Shown piece by piece: positions 31,633-40,235 of a DNA stretch of 64,000 nucleotides (the stretch's first letter is position 1; the number at the start of each line of letters is the position of its first letter). The stretch covers positions 1 to 64,000 of the forward strand of contig CP128821.1 in assembly GCA_051546255.1 (NCBI GenBank). Direction: 5' to 3'. A model generated the notes under the pieces. That model had not been told where the DNA came from. It was given only the letters and a program-made list of their open reading frames with translations, and searched no databases. The position numbers and the translations under genes are program-made. This stretch comes from Meyerozyma guilliermondii (lineage: Eukaryota).

Positions 31633-32850
31633 ATGTCAAACCACGGCGCCGTTGTGACCGGTTCCAGAAACCTTCAAAATCTCGTTGAAATAAAAAGTAT
31701 TCCCTATCCTCAATTGGAAGACAATGCTATAATCGTTAAAACAGTTGCTTATGCTGTAAATCCTTCAGATTGGAAACACATATTACTCGAATCATTTGTG
31801 TCCCAAGTATCTTCTGATGTGTCAAAAATGTTTGGTTTTGGAATTGGTCTTCTTGAGAGACCACTTGGTTGTCTTGGATCAAATATAGGTTGGTTTATTG
31901 GCAAAAATCTCACTTTTGCTCGCAGAGGTGTGGTCCTGGGTTGTGACGTCAGTGGCGTTGTAGAAGCGGTTGGACCCAAGGTTACGGGTTTTTCAAAAGG
32001 AGATATTGTTTCTACTTCTGTTCATGGAGCCATGAGCAAAAACGGAGCTTTTTCAGAATACGTTTCGACGAGCCCTAACGCTACCATCAAGTACCCTCCA
32101 TCGCAACTTCTGCAAAAACCACTCAGTCCTGGGGAGTATCCAAGCTCAACAATTGACTCATTTGAAGGAGCCGCTTCCATTACTATGGGCTTAACGACGG
32201 TGGGATTGAGTTTGCACTGTAACCTTGCCATACCTCTGAACAAAGCAGAGAACAAAGACGACTATATTCTTATATGGGGAGGTGCAACCGCCACGGGTAT
32301 ACTTGCTATTCAAGTTGCCAAATTGATATATGGAATCAAGGTGATCACTACAGCATCGCTGCGCAATCATCCACTCTTGCTTTCTTTGGGAGCAGATCAT
32401 GTGTTTGACTACAGTGACGAGAATGTGGTGCAAAAAATCAAAGAAGTTGGTAAAGGTAACATAAAGTATGGATACGATTGTGTGGCTACAACAGAAACAT
32501 TTCAAGCAGTTTATGATGCCACTGAAGGGCCTGAAGAGGTTCGTCTTGAGAATCTCTTGTTTTTGACGGAAAAGTCAATCACCACCAAACCCAATAGGAA
32601 GGTCAAATGTTCCTCTGCCAATGCGTACCTGGTTGATGGAAAGAGACACATGGGAATGAAGGCCCTGCCTGGTGTAATTGAGTCGTATCTCGTATACTGG
32701 AACAACCTTCTTCCTCCTATTTTGGGCCAAATCAAGACTGCTCCTTTGCAAGTGCTTTCACCGGGTTTGCTGTCTGCTAACGAAGGGTTGAGATTGTTGA
32801 TTGAAAACAAAGTGAGCGGGCGAAAGGTGGTGTTTAGAAAAGGCGATTAG
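31633..32850 (+). CDS. Medium-chain reductase, enoyl-reductase-like (YNL134C/YCR102C/YLR460C family)
   Basis: Motifs AVNPSDWKH, LGCDVSGVV, GAFSEY, ILIWGGATATG, GADHVFDY and VSGRKVV. ATG at 31633. TTACTAA (Yap-type site) at 31394-31400. Confidence 0.87.
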   Translation: MSNHGAVVTGSRNLQNLVEIKSIPYPQLEDNAIIVKTVAYAVNPSDWKHILLESFVSQVSSDVSKMFGFGIGLLERPLGCLGSNIGWFIGKNLTFARRGVVLGCDVSGVVEAVGPKVTGFSKGDIVSTSVHGAMSKNGAFSEYVSTSPNATIKYPPSQLLQKPLSPGEYPSSTIDSFEGAASITMGLTTVGLSLHCNLAIPLNKAENKDDYILIWGGATATGILAIQVAKLIYGIKVITTASLRNHPLLLSLGADHVFDYSDENVVQKIKEVGKGNIKYGYDCVATTETFQAVYDATEGPEEVRLENLLFLTEKSITTKPNRKVKCSSANAYLVDGKRHMGMKALPGVIESYLVYWNNLLPPILGQIKTAPLQVLSPGLLSANEGLRLLIENKVSGRKVVFRKGD

Positions 32851-32870
32851 TCTGATTAGCTATCTAACGT

Positions 32871-33950
32871 TCACGCGAACTTGGCGTCATAGTCGGTCAA
32901 GACAAACCTATAGTGGACGTCATTGTCGTGACATCTTTTCAATGCTTCGGAAATTCCTTCCTCGCCAACTTTCAAGTCTTCGTGCCACGACTTAATTCCC
33001 TTTTCCGCTGCCAACTTGAGCATGTCTATCATCTCTTGTCTATTCCCCAAGTGTGAAGATCCGAGCAAAGAACCGTTCTTGATGAAGGTGGCAGGACTGA
33101 CGGTAAATGGCTCTTCAGGCAATCCCACGCTGACCAATTTTCCATGAACACGAAGACATTTGAGATACCCATCCAAGTCGAAATTTTTCGACGAGTTACC
33201 ACAAGAAATAATGAGATCAAGTTTTCTGGCATACTTGGTGGCCCAATCCTTTTCTTCATACGTCGCAATGAAGTGGTCTGTACCCAATTTCAAGGCATCT
33301 TCCTTCTTGCTATTTGTTCTGGAAAAAGTGTAAACTTCAGCTCCCAATGCTTTGGCAAACATGATCGCAAAATGACCCAAACCACCAATGCCAATGATCC
33401 CCACCTTCTTACCAGGACCAGCTCCATTTCTGACCAACGGCGAGTAAGTGGTGATCCCAGCACACAACATAGGTGCCACATCGTTTGTTTGTAACTTTTC
33501 AGGAATTGGGAAAACAAAATGTTCATGAACTCTAATGTGAGAAGAGTATCCACCCCATGTTTTGGACCCATCGGGGTAAAAATCGTTGTATGTGTCTACC
33601 CAGTCCGGACAGTATGTCTCGTTATTTTCCAAGCAAGTTTCACATTCCAAACAAGCACCAACTTGAGCTCCAACTCCGACTCTGGCTCCTACTTTATACT
33701 CCGACGAAACATCTTCTCCAACTTTGACTACAGTACCCACAATTTCATGGCCAGGAATTACCGGCAAGTCTGGTTTGCCCCAGCCAGCATTGACGGTGTG
33801 GACGTCACTTCCACAAACTCCGCAAGCAATGATCTTAATATCGACATCTTTTGGGCCAAAGGGCTTTGGCTTGAATTCAATCTTCTTAACAGTGTTCCAT
33901 TGGTTGGTGTCAGTTACGGCATAGCCTTCGAAAGTTTCAGGGTAACCCAT
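32871..33950 (-). CDS. NADPH-dependent cinnamyl-type alcohol dehydrogenase (ADH6/ADH7-like)
   Basis: Motifs CGVCGSDVH, GHEIVG, structural Zn CxxCxxC-C, APMLCAGITTYSPL, GIGGLGH and YRFVL. ATG at 33950. Confidence 0.92.
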   Translation of the reverse strand: MGYPETFEGYAVTDTNQWNTVKKIEFKPKPFGPKDVDIKIIACGVCGSDVHTVNAGWGKPDLPVIPGHEIVGTVVKVGEDVSSEYKVGARVGVGAQVGACLECETCLENNETYCPDWVDTYNDFYPDGSKTWGGYSSHIRVHEHFVFPIPEKLQTNDVAPMLCAGITTYSPLVRNGAGPGKKVGIIGIGGLGHFAIMFAKALGAEVYTFSRTNSKKEDALKLGTDHFIATYEEKDWATKYARKLDLIISCGNSSKNFDLDGYLKCLRVHGKLVSVGLPEEPFTVSPATFIKNGSLLGSSHLGNRQEMIDMLKLAAEKGIKSWHEDLKVGEEGISEALKRCHDNDVHYRFVLTDYDAKFA

Positions 33951-34225
33951 TTTCGAGCAGTTCACTTCGTATAAGAAACTGAGAAAACGATATACTTATA
34001 TTGTCAAGTTTTATTGTCCGTTTTCCACTGACAAATCCCCCATCAAACTCCGCCGACAAAACGCCGAATACGGAGATTTTCCCCACCAGATCTTGCCTCG
34101 GGCCCAAAACGGTAAGTCTCCCCACCTTAAATATGCACCCTCCCCCACATTTCCAAATCTGTCAGGGCTGAAAAAAAAACTCCGAGATATAAAATAACCT
34201 TTATGCATTTTGACCACCTACTAAA

Positions 34226-35593
34226 ATGTCGTTAGACCATATTGTTATTACCGGATTTAAGGTGCATGATATCAGGTTTCCCACTAGTCTTGATGGCATT
34301 GGCAGTGATGCGATGCATGTTGGTACCAATGGGTCGCATCCGTACTTGCAATTGTTCACCAGCTCAGAATTGATGGGAGAAGGTATGGCGTTCAGCAATG
34401 GTAGAGGCAGTGAGCTTGTATGTGCTGCAATCGAACCTTTTGCCGAAAGAGTTGTGGGAAAAAGTTTGGGGTCGTTGGTGGAAAATATGGGAGCTACTTG
34501 GAGGTATATGGTTTCTGACTCTCAATACCGTTGGATTGGTCCAGAAAAAGGAGTTACTCACTTGGCTACTGCTGCTGTGATCAATGCAATTTGGGACTTG
34601 TGGGGTAAAGCTACCAGCAGGCCTGTGTGGAAAATTGTTGCAGATATGACTCCAGAAGAAATTGTCAGATGCATTGATTTTCGTTACATCACCGATGTAA
34701 TAACTCCAGACGAAGCTATAGCCATGTTGGAGAAGACACAACGAGGAAAAGAAACCAGATTGAAAGAGGCATTTGATAATGTGGCAGTGCCAGCATACAC
34801 CACTAGTGCGGGATGGTTGGCGTTCAATGGAGACAAGATGAAAAAAGTGCTACAAGAAACCATAGATGCTGGATTCAAAATCTTCAAGTTTAAAGTCGGT
34901 AGCAATTTGCAAGCTGACAAGGAAAGGTTGAAGGCAGTGAGAGATATTATTGGTTATGGAGAAGAATACCAAATCATGATTGATGCCAACCAGGTATGGT
35001 CAGTTCCCGAGGCAATTGAGTGGATGAAAGAACTCGTTCAGTTCAAACCAGTCTTCATTGAAGAGCCTACAAGTCCTGACGATATTCTTGGTCATGCTGC
35101 CATCAGAAAGGCACTCAAGCCGTATGGAGTTGGAGTTGCAACTGGTGAAATGGCTGCAAATAGAGTCATTTTTAAACAGCTCTTACAAGCCGAAGCCATT
35201 GATGTTTGCCAGATAGATGCCGTCAGACTTGGAGGAGTCAATGAATGTTTGGCAGTCATGTTGATGGCTCTCAAATTCAATGTTCCTTGTGTTCCACACA
35301 ATGGAGCGATGGGATTGACAGAGCTTACTTCCCACTTAAGTACCATTGACTACATCGCCATTAGTGGCCGTAAGTCTATGCTTGAAGCTGCTGATAGCTA
35401 CCGAGAGAACCTTGCGCATCCATCTATAATCAAAGATGCCCATTATGTTACTCCGTTGGATCCTGGGTACTCCATCGGTTATGTTCCTGGAGCCATTGAA
35501 AAGTACTTGTACCCCAATGGTACGTTTTGGACGTCTGAAATTGGCGAAAAGATCAAACAAGCGCCAAAGGGCGGTGAAAACCTTGTCAAATAA
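34226..35593 (+). CDS. Enolase-superfamily acid-sugar dehydratase (L-galactonate dehydratase LGD1/GaaB and L-fuconate dehydratase/ENOSF1 family), divergent
   Basis: Motifs DIRFPTSLD-GSDAM, RWIGPEKGV, PAYTTSAGWL, KFK (KxK), DANQ, EEPTSPDD, ATGEM, QID and VPH. Confidence 0.88.
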   Translation: MSLDHIVITGFKVHDIRFPTSLDGIGSDAMHVGTNGSHPYLQLFTSSELMGEGMAFSNGRGSELVCAAIEPFAERVVGKSLGSLVENMGATWRYMVSDSQYRWIGPEKGVTHLATAAVINAIWDLWGKATSRPVWKIVADMTPEEIVRCIDFRYITDVITPDEAIAMLEKTQRGKETRLKEAFDNVAVPAYTTSAGWLAFNGDKMKKVLQETIDAGFKIFKFKVGSNLQADKERLKAVRDIIGYGEEYQIMIDANQVWSVPEAIEWMKELVQFKPVFIEEPTSPDDILGHAAIRKALKPYGVGVATGEMAANRVIFKQLLQAEAIDVCQIDAVRLGGVNECLAVMLMALKFNVPCVPHNGAMGLTELTSHLSTIDYIAISGRKSMLEAADSYRENLAHPSIIKDAHYVTPLDPGYSIGYVPGAIEKYLYPNGTFWTSEIGEKIKQAPKGGENLVK

Positions 35594-35726
35594 CGAATAT
35601 GAATATACAACAAGTAATGGTATCTTCCACACTTACATGTTTTCCCCGCCCCCACCTGTTGCTTACCCCATTGAGATCTCCCCACCCATCCTATATAAGC
35701 ACGATGTAGCCGGGTTCTAATCCACT

Positions 35727-36665
35727 ATGGCACCTCCACTTCCACCAAAAGGAATTTACACTCCTCTTCCGACCTTTTTCAAAAACGACGATGAATATTC
35801 CATCGACTTTGAAACTCAGTTAAAACATTTTGACTATATTCAAAAAAGTGGAATTTCAGGTGTATTAGTTGGTGGCTCTAATGGAGAAGCCATTCACTTG
35901 TCGAAAGACGAAAGACATAGTGTGGTTAAGGCTGTGAGAGAGAGATGCACTGACAAAGATTTTGTTATCATGGCAGGAGTTGTTGGAGTTTCGATATCTG
36001 AGATTGTTGCAGACATTGCACAATTGAAAACTTTGGGTGCAAATTACGCCGTCTTGTTGGTCCCAGGTTATTATGGAACTACATTGACAAAACAGCAGGG
36101 AATCATTGACTGGTTTGCGACTATAGCAAACAAGGCTGCAATTCCACTAATCATCTACAATTACCCTGGAGTACAAAATGGCATTGATTTGACCTATGAT
36201 TCTTACTTGACATTGTCCGCGCATGAAAATATTGTTGGCTGCAAATTGACTCATTATAACTTTCCTCTATACACCTTGTTGTGCCAAAGTTCTCAATTGA
36301 AGGCAAACAACTTTAGAAACCTTGCTGGTGTGGGTCAAGTGTTACTTCCTGGGCTTTCAGTGGGTGTAGAGGGTTGCATCGATGGGTTATCAAACATTTT
36401 CCCAAAATCAATGGTGAAAATTTTCAACGATTATAGTGCTGGAAATATTGCTGAGGCGCAAGAATTACAGGGTTTGGTGACATTGGTCAACGAAATGACA
36501 GCAGTTTTGAACATTTTGGGCTTGAAGTATGGTATAAAATATGCTCTAGGTTTGGGAGCTGTTGTGCATGGAAGACCACCATTGAATCAAGATATCGATA
36601 TCAATGTGTGGAACAAGTACCTTCCAGCTTTCAATAAGTTACTTGAAATAGAGAAGGGGTTGTAA
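35727..36665 (+). CDS. DHDPS/NAL-family aldolase, 2-keto-3-deoxy sugar-acid aldolase (LGA1/GaaC-like)
   Basis: Motifs GIYTPLPTFF, GSNGEAIHL, IIYNYPG, Schiff-base GCKLTH, and GCIDGLSN. Confidence 0.85.
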   Translation: MAPPLPPKGIYTPLPTFFKNDDEYSIDFETQLKHFDYIQKSGISGVLVGGSNGEAIHLSKDERHSVVKAVRERCTDKDFVIMAGVVGVSISEIVADIAQLKTLGANYAVLLVPGYYGTTLTKQQGIIDWFATIANKAAIPLIIYNYPGVQNGIDLTYDSYLTLSAHENIVGCKLTHYNFPLYTLLCQSSQLKANNFRNLAGVGQVLLPGLSVGVEGCIDGLSNIFPKSMVKIFNDYSAGNIAEAQELQGLVTLVNEMTAVLNILGLKYGIKYALGLGAVVHGRPPLNQDIDINVWNKYLPAFNKLLEIEKGL

Positions 36666-36810
36666 ACAAGACCAGAATTGACTAAATACATTTATCTTAT
36701 AAAACAGTTGAGAAGATGTGGTGAAACCAAGACCAAAATAGTTACTAAATATCTTTATCTACACTAAACATTGGAACTTTAAGGAGGACTTCATTATTAA
36801 ACATCATTGA

Positions 36811-38409
36811 CTAAACATTGGAGCTTCTGGAGCTTTTTGCATCTTCCACATGGTAAGCATCTAATTTCTCATCATATATCTTCCCGTGATTAGCAGCCTT
36901 AATAGCATCAATTCTTTCAACTTCAGCATCAATAAAGAGTTGAGGTCTTGACCGTTGTCTCAATTCCTTATGCTTTCCAAGGAACAAAGTATCGTACAGA
37001 TCGAACATAAAGTTGATATCTTCCAAAGTACGCTTGGCAGTTTCTGGGTAAAAGAACCATACAACTGGAGCGTAGCACAATACTATCATTGCAAAAAGCA
37101 AGTAGAACCCCCAACGCATATTGGTGACAGCAATATCAGTGTACTGAGTAATGCAAAACCCACAAATCCAGTTTGTTGCAGTGGCTGCTGCAGCACCTCT
37201 GGTTCTCCAACCAATGGAGTTGATCTCTGAACTGTAAACCCACGGAACTTTTGCATAACTGGTTCCATATATCACATAGTAGACAAAGAACATTGAAACG
37301 GTCAAGGCTCCCATGGCATAGGTATCTCTAGTTTCTGACACTTTCATGGCTATAGCTGCAATGATGTAGGTTATACAGCATCCAATGGAACCGTACAACA
37401 TCATAATCCGCCGACCAATTTTGTCAATGATAATTAAACATACCAAAGCAGCACCCAAGTACGAAGTAGCATTGCAAGCAGTCAAAAGTTTTGCAGTTTC
37501 TTTGCTGAACCCCAATTGAACCGTCAATATTGTTGGCATATAGTATCCAAGAGCATTGACACCAGTAAATTGTTGCATGAATTGAGTCCCACAACCCAAG
37601 ATTACTCTTCTCAAGTTTTTGTGCTTATCTTTCCCGATCAAAACCTTCTTCAATGGCACCTGTGCCGCTTTCTCTTCTTCAATGCTTGCCAAGATATTAT
37701 AGTATTCCGTCTTAACCACTTCATCGTCAAAAGAAAGATTTTTACCCCAAAGTGCAGCAATCGTTTGATAGCCCTCCTCCAACCTTCCATGGTTCATGAG
37801 CCATCGAGGAGATTCTGGAGCAATCAACATGATAGGCACGGAAATCAAAGGAAACACCAATTGGAATGCCAAAGGAAATCTCCATTCAAGAGGTCCACTT
37901 GAAAAATAAAGTCCAAAATTCATCCAGTTGGATAACATGTACGCTGCCGTGTTGGAGACAGAACCAAGCACAACCAACCTGCCTCTATACTTTGCCTTTG
38001 TCGACTCAGCTTGGTAAATAGGACAAGTAGAAGAAGTCATACCCATTCCAAAGCCATTGACAATTCTACCAACGATCAACATTGGTAAATGGAAAGAAGC
38101 AATTTGCAACACGGCCCCAATAACGTTGAACAACGAGCCAAGAAGAATAGTTTTTCTTCTGCCGATTTTCTCTCCGAACGTAAAGGCAAAGATAGCCCCG
38201 CAAAATGCTCCCAAGGAGAAACAACTAGAGGTGATACCAGATACATTATGGTTGTTCTTGATTTTTGGAAAGTGGTTGAGAAAGTCTTCCGAGATTAAAA
38301 CTCCGGAGAACACTCCCTGGTCGTAGCCGAACCATCCCATAGTCAACCCGTTGGCTAAGGTAAGAAGTGAAAGCAACAACCTTCCAGACATTCCCAAATG
38401 TTTTTTCAT
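36811..38409 (-). CDS. Sugar porter family transporter (STL1-like clade)
   Basis: Motifs FGYDQG, GRRK, PIYQAE, WRFP, PESPRW, QQFTGVN, PWVYSSE and YPET. Confidence 0.9.
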   Translation of the reverse strand: MKKHLGMSGRLLLSLLTLANGLTMGWFGYDQGVFSGVLISEDFLNHFPKIKNNHNVSGITSSCFSLGAFCGAIFAFTFGEKIGRRKTILLGSLFNVIGAVLQIASFHLPMLIVGRIVNGFGMGMTSSTCPIYQAESTKAKYRGRLVVLGSVSNTAAYMLSNWMNFGLYFSSGPLEWRFPLAFQLVFPLISVPIMLIAPESPRWLMNHGRLEEGYQTIAALWGKNLSFDDEVVKTEYYNILASIEEEKAAQVPLKKVLIGKDKHKNLRRVILGCGTQFMQQFTGVNALGYYMPTILTVQLGFSKETAKLLTACNATSYLGAALVCLIIIDKIGRRIMMLYGSIGCCITYIIAAIAMKVSETRDTYAMGALTVSMFFVYYVIYGTSYAKVPWVYSSEINSIGWRTRGAAAATATNWICGFCITQYTDIAVTNMRWGFYLLFAMIVLCYAPVVWFFYPETAKRTLEDINFMFDLYDTLFLGKHKELRQRSRPQLFIDAEVERIDAIKAANHGKIYDEKLDAYHVEDAKSSRSSNV

Positions 38410-38962
38410 TGTAAATTGAGTTCGATGAGTGAAAGAATACGCACTGCTCTTTGCCTCTTATATCATTCTCGGTTCCAAGTCAATATGATATGAGGAGAAC
38501 AGCCACTTGGCGGTGGAGGTTTCCGCATTCGACACTGGGTGCGATGAGGTGGGGAGCGGGGGAGCGCGCAGGTTTACGAGGAGCCGACGAGAGATCTGAA
38601 AGTAAGAAATAAGAAAAAGAAAAAACCTAAAATAGCCTTTTTAGGTTGAATGCAAGTTCCGTTGTGATGTCTGCCAGCACAAACGTTTATCGAAATTCAC
38701 AATGGTGGATTCAATCGGCGGATTTACAACCTCTCAACGGTTATCCTACCCCACGTTCAAATCCGGGGTGCGTCGCAGGTGGGGGTTTCCTAATGTGGGA
38801 TGCGGCTTAAAATGTTGAACGGCTGCAAGTGGGTGCTACTAAAACGGAAGTCGATACGGGAGTGGGGTAGGATACGAAACGAAAAGAACAGAGAAATGTG
38901 AAGAAAATCGAACAAGAGCGAAGTCACCACTAATTGAAAAGTACATATATTTATACAAAACT

Positions 38963-40041
38963 TTAATCGGTCCTAATTGGAAGCGATGCAAACTGAGTAA
39001 TGGAGTCCACTATACACTCTTCAAAACTGTGAAAATTGATCCCCAAATCTGTCTCGACGGAAGCATAGTCCAAATCGTAGCCTTCTGGGGCACTGCATTC
39101 TTCAGGGATGTCAACACTGATCTTAGCGCCAAATCCATGGTTTTTCATGATTTTCGCAGCCAATTCATATGAGAACTTTTCTGGCGCGGAAGGCACATAT
39201 CTCTTGTTTCCAGCAGTATCCACTATTAAACCGCGAACGTGAGCCAATGCCAAGTCTCTGACATCAACCCAGACCGGAACTCTAGATACAGGCAAGGGCG
39301 ATACTCCTTGGTAAATGTCCCAAATGTTAGCGTTGGACAAATTCAAGTCCTCGACAAATGCGACAGGATGAACAACAGGTCCAAAAGTCATTGGTGGACA
39401 GAAGGTTACCAAGTCAAAAGTGGGTTGTTCTCTCTTCAAAAAGTCCCACGCTTCAAGCTCAGCAAACTTCTTTGATCCTCTATAAGCTATCACAGGTTCA
39501 GCATTGATCGACTCTTCGTAAGTGAGTGGATTCCAATCTTCACCAGTATAGGTGAAACCAGGACCAGGGCCTCGAGAGACATCCATAACCGAAGCAAACG
39601 ACGAAGTCAACACAATTCTCTTAATTCTGGGTTCAGTTTTGGCTGCTTCAAAAACTACCTTTACTCCCTGTATAGCTGGTTGAATCAAGTCTCTTTCTAC
39701 ATTTTTCACAGAGTAGTCTAGAGGGCTTGCAGCATGTATAATGCCATCAACTTCCTTCACGGCTTCAGTGAATGGGTTCTCATCATCATCCAATTCCGTG
39801 AAATCCTTAATCTGAAAAGGCTCAATTAAGTGCTTGACATCAGGACGAGCATTTCTAAACTGATGGGCTTTCCTTATCGAACGAGATGCAAGCCTGACAC
39901 CAATTCCTAATGCTAGAAGATTATCCACAATATGGGCTCCAATGAACCCAGTACCACCAGTCACAAGAACTTTTCTGGGTCAGTAAAAAAGTTGAATGAT
40001 ATTAATAGTTCTTAAACCTACCTGTAATCCGAAACAGTCAT
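38963..40041 (-). CDS. GRE2-like NADPH-dependent aldehyde/methylglyoxal reductase, join(40022..40041,38963..39974), 343 aa
   Basis: 47-nt intron 39975-40021 (GTAGGT...TACTGAC CCAG) gives MTVSDYRKVLVTGGTGFIG. Motifs HAASP, TSSFAS, YRGSKKFAE and VDVRDLA. Confidence 0.87.
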
Positions 40042-40235
40042 ATCGATTGCAAGGGACTGCTACTTTTTTATATGGTTCCGTCGCTCGTCCCAATTAGGAA
40101 AGTACCCCCACCCGGTTCCCCAGTAATGCACCCCGCAAAATCCACAAATTTAATCATTATCGAATTTTGAAAGGGTTCAAAATCTTTGTCAAATTACTCA
40201 AGCAAACAGTGTACTTGTGTACTTCCACCAACAAT

